Below the pieces are notes generated by a model, which saw only the letters and a list, made by a program, of their open reading frames with translations, was not told the DNA's origin and did no database searches. Of a stretch of DNA of 32,000 bases, positions 1-8,886 are shown piece after piece. Source of the DNA: Planctomycetaceae bacterium (lineage in GTDB: Bacteria; Planctomycetota; Planctomycetia; Pirellulales; Pirellulaceae); the NCBI GenBank assembly GCA_005778405.1, contig SXOA01000175.1, positions 37,042 through 69,041 on the forward strand. Reading direction: 5' to 3'. The translations under genes were made by a program, and so were the position numbers. Each line of letters begins with the position of its first letter. The stretch's first letter is position 1.

Positions 1-1153
1 AGGCCGGTCCTAGCGCGATGCCGAGCCGCTTTAAGTCCTCGCCGGAGATGAGTGGCGGCGGATTGAGAGAGGCAGCGGGAAGTGCGAGTTTCTGGCGGCA
101 AAAGGCGATGCTTTCCAGACCTTCTGCCAGCGCAACGGCGACAGCCTCGCTGTAATTCACCAGTTCTTCTGCTCGCGGCCCGACCAGCAGCCGCTGGATT
201 TGCGGCCAGGGACGAGATAAAGCGGAACGCAATAGCGGCTCATCTTGCAGCAGCATGAGAGTGCCGCCGCTGTCCTCGTTGGGGAGCTTCCAGCGAGCAA
301 GGGCCGCTTTGATGGCGGCGAGATCTGAATGGAGGGAGACTTCACGCAGCAGTGACGCCAGCGCGATGGCGAAGGTGGGTTCCCTCAAATATCCAAGGAT
401 GGCGAGAGTTCGGTCCCAGGTTGCCGGCTCGCTGGCAACAAGCTCCGCGAACTCCGGCAGAATCTCTTTCAGCAGCCCCGATTCACGAAGCAGCGCCAAT
501 GCCGCCGCGCGGTTCTCGTGCAGGAGCATCCGCCGCATCTCGGCGGCAATCCGCTCCGCGCTGACGGCTTTAATATCCGGCCCATGAGCTTGCACCGCCT
601 GCAGCGTCGATTCATCCAGGGCAAAATCGAACGTCGTCGCGAAGCGAACGGTCCGCAGCATCCGCAGCTTGTCTTCGGCGAACCGCTCATGCGGATTGCC
701 GATGGCCCGAATGACGTGATTCTTAAGGTCTTCCTGTCCCCCCACAAAATCGAGATACTGCTCGGCGACTGGATCGAAAAAAATACCATTGATCGTCAGG
801 TCGCGGCGTTTGGCGTCCTCCTCGGCACTGGTGAAGGCAACTGCATCTGGCCGGCGGCCGTCGGAATAGCCCAGGTCGCGGCGGAAGGTGGCAACTTCAA
901 TCTGGCCGGCATCCTTGGGGCCGAGGACCGTGATAACGCCGAAGGCTGCGCCGATGGCGAGCGTCCGCCTTTGGCCAAAAACTTCGCGAATCCGCTCCGG
1001 CTGGGCGTCCGTGGCAACGTCGTAGTCTTTCGGCGTCTTCCCCATGAGTTGATCCCGCACGCAGCCGCCAGCCCACAGCGCCTGGTGCCCCGCTGCGCGG
1101 AGCTTCGCCACCACGTCGAGGGCGAACTGGCGGGTGAGGGCGGGGTCGAGCAT
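1..1153 (-). CDS. tRNA nucleotidyltransferase / poly(A) polymerase family protein (CCA-adding-enzyme-like); the C-terminal end runs off the window
   Basis: Absent from the ORF track because it is open at the window edge. My minus-strand translation from the ATG (complement of 1151-1153) reads MLDPALTRQFALDVVAKLRAAGHQALWAGGCVRDQLMGKTPKDYDVATDAQPERIREVFGQRRTLAIGAAFGVITV...FRRDLGYSDGRRPDAVAFTSAEEDAKRRDLTINGIFFDP...RAIGNPHERFAEDKLRMLRTVRFA. This carries the GGxVRD / DxD head domain and the RRD-LTIN motifs. I saw no stop codon down to position 1. Confidence 0.85.
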   Translation of the reverse strand, partial: MLDPALTRQFALDVVAKLRAAGHQALWAGGCVRDQLMGKTPKDYDVATDAQPERIREVFGQRRTLAIGAAFGVITVLGPKDAGQIEVATFRRDLGYSDGRRPDAVAFTSAEEDAKRRDLTINGIFFDPVAEQYLDFVGGQEDLKNHVIRAIGNPHERFAEDKLRMLRTVRFATTFDFALDESTLQAVQAHGPDIKAVSAERIAAEMRRMLLHENRAAALALLRESGLLKEILPEFAELVASEPATWDRTLAILGYLREPTFAIALASLLREVSLHSDLAAIKAALARWKLPNEDSGGTLMLLQDEPLLRSALSRPWPQIQRLLVGPRAEELVNYSEAVAVALAEGLESIAFCRQKLALPAASLNPPPLISGEDLKRLGIALGPA

Positions 1154-1233
1154 GGTACAGGGTGTGGACGAATTTGAAATCGCCGGATAGGCTGCCGGGA
1201 GTTGATTCTACAAGCTAGAGGTGCAGGTTTACC

Positions 1234-1578
1234 ATGAATAGCCAAGGGCCGCTGCCGGCCGATATCGATGTCCTCGCCGTAAGGAAGATGCAGAGCGCGG
1301 GAGAGAGGTTCGTTTTGCTCGACGTTCGCGAGCCGGAGGAGTTCACCACAGCCAGCATTGAAGGGACGCTGCAAATCCCGATGCGGACGGTCCCTTCTCG
1401 GCTGGTCGACCTGGAGCCGCACCGGGGAGAGCGGATTGTGGTCCATTGCCATCACGGCGGACGGAGTGCCCGCGTGGCCCAGTGGCTGCGGGATCAGGGC
1501 TTTGAGCAGGTTCAGAACATGGCCGGCGGCATTGACGCTTGGAGCCAATTGGTGGACCCGTCCGTGCCGCGGTATTAG
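1234..1578 (+). CDS. single-domain rhodanese-like sulfurtransferase
   Basis: 114-aa ORF starting at ATG. It has the rhodanese pattern LLDVREPEEF...VVHCHHGGRSARVAQWL, with an active-site Cys loop CHHGGRS, and ends in the typical GGIDAW. Confidence 0.9.
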   Translation: MNSQGPLPADIDVLAVRKMQSAGERFVLLDVREPEEFTTASIEGTLQIPMRTVPSRLVDLEPHRGERIVVHCHHGGRSARVAQWLRDQGFEQVQNMAGGIDAWSQLVDPSVPRY

Positions 1579-1591
1579 GTGAGGTACGCTT

Positions 1592-1691
1592 CCAGCCTGC
1601 CCAGTAGCCACCTGCCTCCCGCCTACCCCATTTCCCTTTTGCCCTCTAAAATCTCGCCAACTATTCGCTACTCGACTACTGGGCAGGCTGG
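1592..1691. repeat. perfect 16-bp inverted repeat (CCAGCCTGCCCAGTAG at 1592-1607, CTACTGGGCAGGCTGG at 1676-1691) around a 68-nt C/T-rich loop, between the rhodanese stop and the ndk start
   Basis: Read directly from the sequence. The arms are exact reverse complements. A partial third copy, GCAGGCTGCC, follows at 1691-1700. Confidence 0.8.
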
Positions 1692-1718
1692 CAGGCTGCC
1701 CCACTTACGGAGTCTCTC

Positions 1719-2180
1719 ATGGAACGTACTTTGGTGCTGCTCAAGCCGGACTGTGTGCAGCGGCGGCTGATGGGAAAGGTTCTGAGCCGTTTTGAGGAAA
1801 AGGGACTGAACGTCATCGGGCTGAAAATGCTGCAGGTCACGCCGCAATTGGCGAAGACGCATTACGCCGAGCACGTGCAGAAGCCGTTCTATCCGGGCCT
1901 GGAGAAATTCATCACGGCTTCCCCGATCGTGGCAATGGTGGTCGAAGGGCTGGAGGTCATCCGCGTCGTCCGCGATATGCTCGGTGCGACTAGCGGTCTG
2001 AAGGCGGCTGCGGGGACGATTCGCGGCGACTATTCCAGCAGCCGGCAGATGAATCTGGTACATGCCTCCGACGGCCCCGAGGCCGCCGCCAAGGAAATCG
2101 CCCTCTACTTCAAGCCGGAAGAGATTCTGCCGTACGAACCGACACTCATCGGCTGGTTCAAAGCGGACGACGAGAAGTAA
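1719..2180 (+). CDS. ndk: nucleoside-diphosphate kinase
   Basis: 153 aa. MERTLVLLKPD...GTIRGDY...NLVHASD is the NDK signature, including the catalytic His in NxxHxSD. A GGAG lies about 8 nt upstream of the ATG. Confidence 0.95.
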   Translation: MERTLVLLKPDCVQRRLMGKVLSRFEEKGLNVIGLKMLQVTPQLAKTHYAEHVQKPFYPGLEKFITASPIVAMVVEGLEVIRVVRDMLGATSGLKAAAGTIRGDYSSSRQMNLVHASDGPEAAAKEIALYFKPEEILPYEPTLIGWFKADDEK

Positions 2181-2207
2181 GAACGACTCTCCCTGCGGCA
2201 ATCCTGT

Positions 2208-3683
2208 TCACTCCATCTCCACCATGACCGCAGCCGTAATCACCGGGGCCACTGTTGGCTGGAGAGGGTTGTCGCCGTAGCTGACCGTCTGGCCTTGGTC
2301 GTTGATGCCCAGGAACAAGCACTGGGCACCGGCGGCAGGGACATGCAGTTTGCTCGCCAGCGGAACGAGCACCCGCTGTTCGAAGCCGGCGAGCTTCACC
2401 AGCAGGGCCCGCTTGCCGCCTCCTTCCACCTGCCGCTCCACGGTGCCGAAAAAGACCACGCCGGTGGCAGGGCGGGGAATGGCAATAGCGGCATACTCGT
2501 TGAGGATCGTGATCTGCCCGACGTCGTTCCATTTCTCCCGCCGCAACTGGGCGGTGACGATGTCTGCCTGCCGCGCTAATTCCGCCAGACGCTCGTTGAG
2601 CTCATCGCCAGCCGCGGCAACCTCCGGCTGGTTGGCAACCGTGACCATCCAGGCAATCTTTTGCAGCACGGCATAATCCTGGCCGCTGTTGGGCCTCCAG
2701 CGCATGGCCTGGGCCTGCTCATGAAACGATTGGAGCTGTTTGGCGGAAGTGTTCAGGACCAGCGATTTGCGGCGGGCTTCCTGAGTGGCATATGCTTCCA
2801 GGGGAGCAACCTCGGCGAGTTGCCGCTCTCGCAGTGAGATCAGCGCAGCAACATCGAGCGCATAGCCGAAGCCACCTTGTCGGTCGATCCAAGTATTGAT
2901 GCCGAGCACTTCCCCCCGTTCGTTCACGAGAGGCCCGCCGCTATTTCCTTCGGACAGGACCGCGGAATGTTGGATCCAAAGATGATCGGGACCGTTTCCC
3001 GCCAGCACGTGGATAAACCGCTGGGACAAGGCGGAAAGCTCTGATGTGCGAACGGTACGACTGACTCTACCGTCGCGGAGCGCGAACTCGACGCCACGCG
3101 GATGGCCGATTGCAAAGACATTCGCAAGCGGCTTTAGTCCTGGATCGGTTTTCAGGGTCGCCGCCGATAAACCTGCCGCATTTTGGAGTTGCAGAATCGC
3201 CAGGTCGTTTCCCGGATCAACCGCCGCATACCCGGCGATGGCAAAGATACGGCCATCCTGAAAGCGGGCCTGGGCGGAGGTGAGATCGGAAGAGAGGTGG
3301 TAGCTCGTGGCCACGAGACCGGAAGGGTCAATGACGATGCCCGCGCCGACACCCATCAGCCCGCCGGGGCCATCCGCCTGCAGCAGGACGACGGACTTCT
3401 GAGCTTCCAGAATCGCCGCATTAGGATGAGCAGGAACAGCCTCGATCGACTTGGAAGGGGTCTTCTTCTCAGCGACGGACGCCGGAACCAGCGGCACCTT
3501 TCGACGTGGCCAGAGCCCATCCCAGTCGATGTTTGCCCAGGCCACCAACCCCAGCATTAGAAGGACGACGAGCGAGCAGAAAGCGCGAATGCTCGTCCCC
3601 AAAAGCGTACGGCGGCGGCGGACCAGGGCAGGCTGTGCTGGCGGCGCACTGCGAACTTCCGTCGGCCTCAGCGGATTCGACAT
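2208..3683 (-). CDS. membrane-anchored trypsin-like (S1C/HtrA-like) serine protease with a C-terminal domain of about 200 aa that is not a PDZ domain
   Basis: 491 aa. The N-terminus has a basic stretch followed by a TM helix (RRRRTLLGTSIRAFCSLVVLLMLGLVAW). Catalytic triad context: ATSYHL, GNDLAILQL, GNSGGPLVNERGEVLGINTW. Confidence 0.85.
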   Translation of the reverse strand: MSNPLRPTEVRSAPPAQPALVRRRRTLLGTSIRAFCSLVVLLMLGLVAWANIDWDGLWPRRKVPLVPASVAEKKTPSKSIEAVPAHPNAAILEAQKSVVLLQADGPGGLMGVGAGIVIDPSGLVATSYHLSSDLTSAQARFQDGRIFAIAGYAAVDPGNDLAILQLQNAAGLSAATLKTDPGLKPLANVFAIGHPRGVEFALRDGRVSRTVRTSELSALSQRFIHVLAGNGPDHLWIQHSAVLSEGNSGGPLVNERGEVLGINTWIDRQGGFGYALDVAALISLRERQLAEVAPLEAYATQEARRKSLVLNTSAKQLQSFHEQAQAMRWRPNSGQDYAVLQKIAWMVTVANQPEVAAAGDELNERLAELARQADIVTAQLRREKWNDVGQITILNEYAAIAIPRPATGVVFFGTVERQVEGGGKRALLVKLAGFEQRVLVPLASKLHVPAAGAQCLFLGINDQGQTVSYGDNPLQPTVAPVITAAVMVEME

Positions 3684-3733
3684 GCCAGAGATTGCCGCCT
3701 GGATATCAAGGAGCGTTCGTCAATCGCCTGCGA

Positions 3734-4210
3734 TCACTCTGGCACGACAACTATCCGCCAGCCAGGCTCCGTCTTCGCCATGATAATTTGACTCGTCGTC
3801 GTGGAGCCACCGTCGCCAACGCACGTCTCCGTCATTTCCACGATGTCGCTGCGGTTGCGGAAAGGTTTTTTGTTTTGGAAAGTGGACGAGACGCCGCGGA
3901 AATTGGGAAAGCCTTGCTGTTTCATTTCAGCGCGGAATGCCAATTCCAAAACTTCGGTTGTTTGGGCAATAATTTCCTCGTCTTTCGCCAATTCAGGATT
4001 CAACTTCTCGAGCATCAACAGGGCTTCGGTGCGGAAATCCTTGCACTTCACTGCAGCGGCAATATCTCGTGCCCGATATGCTTCCTCCAGGCTGAGGACT
4101 GCCGCTTCTGGAGTCGTCAGATCGATTGGCTTGGTCATGGCGCCGCCACCCGAGCCGCAACCGGCCATGAGCACCAGCGAAACGAACACGACACACCTGC
4201 GCGCCAACAT
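3734..4210 (-). CDS. small lipoprotein of unknown function
   Basis: I use the internal ATG (complement of 4208-4210) of the 280-aa track ORF, giving MLARRCVVFVSLVLMAGCGSGGG. That is a signal peptide with an LMAGC lipobox. The longer ORF would overlap the DUF1552 gene by more than 300 nt. Confidence 0.65.
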   Translation of the reverse strand: MLARRCVVFVSLVLMAGCGSGGGAMTKPIDLTTPEAAVLSLEEAYRARDIAAAVKCKDFRTEALLMLEKLNPELAKDEEIIAQTTEVLELAFRAEMKQQGFPNFRGVSSTFQNKKPFRNRSDIVEMTETCVGDGGSTTTSQIIMAKTEPGWRIVVVPE

Positions 4211-4244
4211 GAATAGGTTTCCCTCAAACTGGACACACCGGTCG

Positions 4245-5570
4245 CTAGGAAAGCGCAAGCGGGCCCTCTTCGCAAAATTTGGGATTGCCGAATTTCTCGA
4301 TCGAGTGCCCCATCCCATGGGCCAGCGACAGCAGCAGCCGGTTGTGGGCGACTCGCTTGAATTTGTGGGAGCGACCCATCTTGAAATCCAGTCCGCCGCC
4401 GACCAGCACGAACGGCACGTTGTCCGGCGTGTGGGAGTTGCCCTTGCCGAGCTCGTTGGTCCACATAATGGTGGTGTTGTCGAGCAAGCTGCCGCTGCCG
4501 CCCGGCTCCGGCGTTTCCGCCAGCCGCTTGGCCAGGTAGGCCATCTGCTCGCAATACCACTTGTTGATCCGCGCAAGCTGTTTCTGCACGTCCTCGTTGC
4601 TGTCGGGCTCGTGGGAAAGCTCGTGGTGCCCCTTCTCGACGCCGAGCCATTTCATGCGGGCCCCGCCGACCGAGTTGGTGTATTGCAACGTGGCCACGCG
4701 GGCGAAGTCCGCGGCAAAGCTATTGACCATCAGCTCGATTTGAAGCTTGCTGATTTTCGGAATGTTGTCGTTTTCTTCCTTGATGCCGAGTTCGAGTTGC
4801 GGAACGGCATGGGTTAGCGATTTGCCATCGCCAGCTTTCAGTTCCTGTTCCAGCTCGCGGACGAAGGTGGCGTGTTCGTCAAGCAACTTTTTGTCCTCGC
4901 TGCTGACGATGCTGCTAATTTTCTTGAGGTCGCCCTGGAGGTCGTCGAGCACGCTCCGCAGGCTCTCCTGATCCTTCAGGCGGCCGTAGAGCTTGCCGAA
5001 CATCTGGTAGGGGTCGTCGATGGGGGCAATCGGCTTGTTGGGACCGGCATAGACCATGCGGGTCCAGGTATCGGCCCGATCGGGGACCATCACGCCGAAT
5101 TCCAGCGAGCCAAACCGCGTACGAGTGGCTTCGTTCTTCTGGAGGTGGTTCTTGATTTCCTGATCAATCGAAATTCCGGTCGACCAGCCGGCGGGAGTGT
5201 CACTCCCTCCTTGGATGTTGCCGGGAAAAAGCTCGATACCGGTCAGCAGGCAGCCGATGCCGCGCATGTGGCCGTCGCCGTCGCCGCGGATCTTGTCGCA
5301 GACGCCGTGCAGAATGAGCGACTTTTCCTTAAACGGCTCCAGCGGCTGAAGACTCTCTTTGAGCGTGAAGTTCTCCCCTTCCTCATCGGGCCAAAACGCA
5401 TTGGGGACGATGCCGTTGGGGCTAAACATCACCACCAGCCGCTTCTTGCGCGTCGCAGCGGCTTGCTCATTGCCCAAGCCGAGGCTGGGCAAGTTGAGGA
5501 CGAACGGCATGGCCGCGGCGGAAATGCCAAGGGAGCTGAGGAACTGGCGGCGGGATGTGGGGTAGGACAT
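4245..5570 (-). CDS. DUF1552 domain-containing protein (Tat-signal, planctomycete-type)
   Basis: 441 aa. The N-terminus [23 protein letters not shown] is a twin-arginine signal. The overall sequence and its position directly downstream of a DUF1592-family gene match the DUF1552 family as I remember it. Confidence 0.8.
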   Translation of the reverse strand: MSYPTSRRQFLSSLGISAAAMPFVLNLPSLGLGNEQAAATRKKRLVVMFSPNGIVPNAFWPDEEGENFTLKESLQPLEPFKEKSLILHGVCDKIRGDGDGHMRGIGCLLTGIELFPGNIQGGSDTPAGWSTGISIDQEIKNHLQKNEATRTRFGSLEFGVMVPDRADTWTRMVYAGPNKPIAPIDDPYQMFGKLYGRLKDQESLRSVLDDLQGDLKKISSIVSSEDKKLLDEHATFVRELEQELKAGDGKSLTHAVPQLELGIKEENDNIPKISKLQIELMVNSFAADFARVATLQYTNSVGGARMKWLGVEKGHHELSHEPDSNEDVQKQLARINKWYCEQMAYLAKRLAETPEPGGSGSLLDNTTIMWTNELGKGNSHTPDNVPFVLVGGGLDFKMGRSHKFKRVAHNRLLLSLAHGMGHSIEKFGNPKFCEEGPLALS

Positions 5571-5637
5571 CGTGATTCTCTGATTACTGGAATGTCGCCA
5601 TTGTAAGACCTTCTGGAGCCGGAGGCAAACTCAGCAG

Positions 5638-7947
5638 CTATTTCTTTCCCGCCATCGCTTCCTCGGTCACAATGTCGGCTGTCAACTCCTGAATATTGAA
5701 CTCTTTTTTCGTGAAAGAGTCTCGCAGCCGGCGCAAGGTATCCGGCCCATAGGCTCGGATCGGTTGCTTGATCAAGTAGTGGAACAGCCGTTCGACCGTG
5801 GCGTTATGGACTTCCGGGCTGTTCGCCAGAAATCTTGCGAGCTCCGCGGGTCCGCTGAACTGCACGGTCTCGCCCGTGCGGGTCAGGTAGCTGCCGCTGG
5901 CATCGACCGGCTTGTCCTTCTCCTGCTCGCGATACCTTCCGATGGCGTCAAAGTTCTCCAGCGAGAACCCGATGGGGTTGATCATCGCGTGGCAAGTCTG
6001 GCAGGCCTGGGCTTTGGTCTGGAGGAGCACGCGCTCCCGCGTAGTCAGTCCGGCATGCAAATCGGGGGCTAGGGGCGCGACCGCTTCGGGTGGCGGACGG
6101 AGAGTGCGGCCCAGCAGGCTGCGGGAAACAAAAACTCCCCGGTGAATCGGCGAGCTGGTCGAGGTATAGGCGAACGCCGAGAGCAAATACGGATGGGTGA
6201 TCACGCCGGCCCGCTTGCCATCATCGAGCGTCATTTTCTGAAACGTTGAATCCTCGATCAAGTCGGTGCCATACAGTTTCGCCAGCCGGCCGTTGAGATA
6301 AATGGATTCGCCCAGCAGCAACTCGCGGAAGTCGGACCTCCCGCTCCAGACAACATCATCAAGCGTCATCTCCAGGCTGGTCCGCAAATCGGAAGCAACC
6401 TCCGGGCTGAATTCGGGAAAGGCCGCGGAATCCTTGGCGATGTCCGGCACCTGGTCAATCTTGAGTAGTTGCAAGAAGAATCCACCGAGCTTGGCCCGAG
6501 TCCGCAGATCAGGAAGCATCCGATGGACCTGCGCGGAAACTTGCTCCCGCGTGGAAAGTTGCCCGGCAGCAGCAGCCCCCAGCAGTTCTTCGTCCGGTGC
6601 CGAGTCCCACAGTCCGAAAGAAATCCGCGAAGCCACGTCGAAAGCATCCGGCTGGGGCGTGCCGACTTCACGGTAGAGGAACCGCGGCGATTTGAAAATA
6701 AACAGCAGCACTCGCTTCATCGCCAGCTCCAGCTCGCCGGCGAGTTCAAACTGCCGATCCACAAACAGCCGCCGCTGCTCGGGGGAGAGCGGCCGGCGAA
6801 AGGCCCGCTCTGCCAGTTTGTAGCAGAACTCCCGCAGCCTAGGCCCGGCATCTTGCTCATCGACTCTCACGTTAGCGAGTTCCCGCAAATGCTCCAGGAA
6901 AAAACTGGCGGCCTCCAAAGCTCCTACGGTCGTCGCCTGGTCCCAAGCCTTGGAGATCGACGAGCCCCGCTCATAGCCGATGCTTCGATCATCGGGCGGA
7001 AAGTGGGTTTCGCAGACGTAAACCTCTGGCGCTCCCCGTCTCGACAAACAGCGGGCCGGAATCAATTCTTGGGCATGGCTGGGGGTCTTCCACTCCAGAG
7101 CAATTGATGCCTTCCGTGCCGGCGGCGGCTTCTTTTGGTTCTTCGAGTCATCCACTCCTTGCTTGGCCTTGCTGAACTCCAGCTTCAGCGGATAGACCCG
7201 ACCACCGAGCAGCCGAATCGAGCCGCGATACTCGCTGTCATTCCCCGATTTGACCCACTTATCAATCAGCGGCTGGTCAGCCTCGCTACGGGCGTTGCTG
7301 TTCACCCAGAGCCGCGTGGCATGCTCGGTTTTGACGACAAATTCGTACACGCCGCTTTCCGGAGCGAAAACCGAACCCTCCCAGCGGATCGAAAACTCGT
7401 GGGCCTCCATCTTCTCCGGCTCGGGGCTCGCTTCGCCGAAGTCAAATTGCACCACGGGATCAATGCGGTCAATCGCCCGATCTCCCCCTCGCGTCCGCCG
7501 CCCTTTGTAGTATTCGCCGTGCAGTCCCCCTGGTTCTTCCCAGCCGCTCGGCGGGCGAAAGCTACCGATGAGGTCGGTCATCACATTCTGGTACTGCCGC
7601 ACGGTCAGGCGGGAAAGCTCCACGCGGGCCGGCTTGATGCGTGCTTGGGCGATGGGGGAATAGAACGTCTCATGAATGTACGCCGCGACTCTCTTGGCAT
7701 CTTCGCCAACACACTTCTCCGGCTCCCCTTCCGGCATCGTTTTATCGATCACCTTCGTGAGCTGCTCGATCGACAAATCGCCGGCCAGCACCTTCGGCTG
7801 GTCCTTGGTTCCCTCGCCGGCCATGCCGTGACAAGTGACACACAGCTCGCGGTAAATCTGCTCGCCAGTGCGCTCGGCCGCAATAGCCGACGAAGTAGCG
7901 AGCAACCAAGCCGCCGCGAGAGTGAGATGGAACTGCGCGAGCTTCAT
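5638..7947 (-). CDS. DUF1592/DUF1588/DUF1585-family protein with an N-terminal cytochrome c motif and a PA14-like insert
   Basis: 769 aa with a signal peptide. Heme motif CVTCHG near the N-terminus; GLHGEYYKG (PA14-like); C-terminal CQTCHAMINPIGFSLENFDAIGRYR, typical of DUF1588/DUF1585. Confidence 0.8.
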   Translation of the reverse strand: MKLAQFHLTLAAAWLLATSSAIAAERTGEQIYRELCVTCHGMAGEGTKDQPKVLAGDLSIEQLTKVIDKTMPEGEPEKCVGEDAKRVAAYIHETFYSPIAQARIKPARVELSRLTVRQYQNVMTDLIGSFRPPSGWEEPGGLHGEYYKGRRTRGGDRAIDRIDPVVQFDFGEASPEPEKMEAHEFSIRWEGSVFAPESGVYEFVVKTEHATRLWVNSNARSEADQPLIDKWVKSGNDSEYRGSIRLLGGRVYPLKLEFSKAKQGVDDSKNQKKPPPARKASIALEWKTPSHAQELIPARCLSRRGAPEVYVCETHFPPDDRSIGYERGSSISKAWDQATTVGALEAASFFLEHLRELANVRVDEQDAGPRLREFCYKLAERAFRRPLSPEQRRLFVDRQFELAGELELAMKRVLLFIFKSPRFLYREVGTPQPDAFDVASRISFGLWDSAPDEELLGAAAAGQLSTREQVSAQVHRMLPDLRTRAKLGGFFLQLLKIDQVPDIAKDSAAFPEFSPEVASDLRTSLEMTLDDVVWSGRSDFRELLLGESIYLNGRLAKLYGTDLIEDSTFQKMTLDDGKRAGVITHPYLLSAFAYTSTSSPIHRGVFVSRSLLGRTLRPPPEAVAPLAPDLHAGLTTRERVLLQTKAQACQTCHAMINPIGFSLENFDAIGRYREQEKDKPVDASGSYLTRTGETVQFSGPAELARFLANSPEVHNATVERLFHYLIKQPIRAYGPDTLRRLRDSFTKKEFNIQELTADIVTEEAMAGKK

Positions 7948-8072
7948 GGCAAAGCACGGCTGGAAATGGGGCAGTGAATTCCGCCGGCAGGAAGGAAATC
8001 CGGCAGTCGCAGGGCTGAGTGAAAGCCCTAATCATCATAGGCGAAATGCGAGGAAAATCCAAGAACCAGCCG

Positions 8073-8855
8073 TCACTCCATGCTGACGATCGAACCCGAA
8101 GCCATCTCTTCCCGCCCGCTCTCCGTCTGCAAGATCAGCGAGCCGCCGTCATCGATTCCCAGGCAGCGCCCGGTGATGAGCCGCGGGCCGGAGGAGACCT
8201 GAAGCGTCCGGCCATCCAGGATGCAGCGGCGGCGGAATTCACCGGCCTGCGCGGCGAAACCAGCCAGGCCAAGTTCCAGCCAGCGGGTTTGGAGTGCTAC
8301 CAACAGGTGCAGCAAGACACCCGTCATATCGAGCGGCCGCTGGAGGTAGTCGATTAAGGAAACGGCTGCGGCTTGGATTTCCTGCGGAGCATCTGTGAGC
8401 GAGTTGTTGATGTTCATTCCAATTCCGACAACGATGCGACCCCGCGCTGCGGAGGGGGACTCAATCAAAATGCCACCAAGCTTGCGGCCGGCGCAGTATA
8501 CGTCGTTGGGCCACTTAACGCCAAAATCGCCGCCGGGGGCGATCTGCTCCAGGGCTTCGCAAACCGCCAGGCCGGTGGACAGCGAAAGTACCGGCCAATT
8601 CTCCCCAGCAATGCCAAGATGCTGGGCATCGATGAGCAGCGAGAATGTCAGCGATCCCGTTGCCGCCCACCATTGGTTGCTGCCGCGTCCCCTCCCGCCA
8701 GTTTGCTGGTCGGCCAGGATGAGGAGCGGGAGGGTGAGCTGGTCTTGACGGGACAGTTCCAGCGCGCGGTCGCTGGTCGAGCCGATGCGCTCATGATGCT
8801 CGAGCGCCGCAACATACGGCGAAGAGCGGAGTCGGGGCAAATCAAAAGGTGGCAT
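8073..8855 (-). CDS. birA: biotin--[acetyl-CoA-carboxylase] ligase, class I (no N-terminal HTH)
   Basis: 260 aa. QQTGGRGRGSNQWWAATGSLTFSLL carries the GRGRxGRxW biotin/ATP loop, and KWPNDVY is also present. The length is consistent with a ligase-only form. Confidence 0.9.
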   Translation of the reverse strand: MPPFDLPRLRSSPYVAALEHHERIGSTSDRALELSRQDQLTLPLLILADQQTGGRGRGSNQWWAATGSLTFSLLIDAQHLGIAGENWPVLSLSTGLAVCEALEQIAPGGDFGVKWPNDVYCAGRKLGGILIESPSAARGRIVVGIGMNINNSLTDAPQEIQAAAVSLIDYLQRPLDMTGVLLHLLVALQTRWLELGLAGFAAQAGEFRRRCILDGRTLQVSSGPRLITGRCLGIDDGGSLILQTESGREEMASGSIVSME

Positions 8856-8886
8856 CGAGAGGATTGTCCGGGGGGTGAAAGTAAAC

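Noticed and set aside
518-1704. Track ORFs 518-1177 (+, 219 aa) and 796-1704 (-, 302 aa)
   Set aside because: Both are off-frame or antisense relative to the nucleotidyltransferase gene, and the second runs through the rhodanese gene. Both are Arg/Pro/Gly-rich and show no motifs.
3734-4576. 280-aa reading of the lipoprotein ORF
   Set aside because: The N-terminal 122 residues overlap the 3' end of the DUF1552 gene in another frame and look non-coding (Arg/Ser/Thr/Cys-rich). The internal ATG at 4210 gives a clean signal peptide with a lipobox.
7948-8072. Short hairpin AGGGCT-N7-AGCCCT downstream of birA
   Set aside because: The stem is only 6 bp, with no U-tract. It is not distinguishable from chance in GC-rich DNA.
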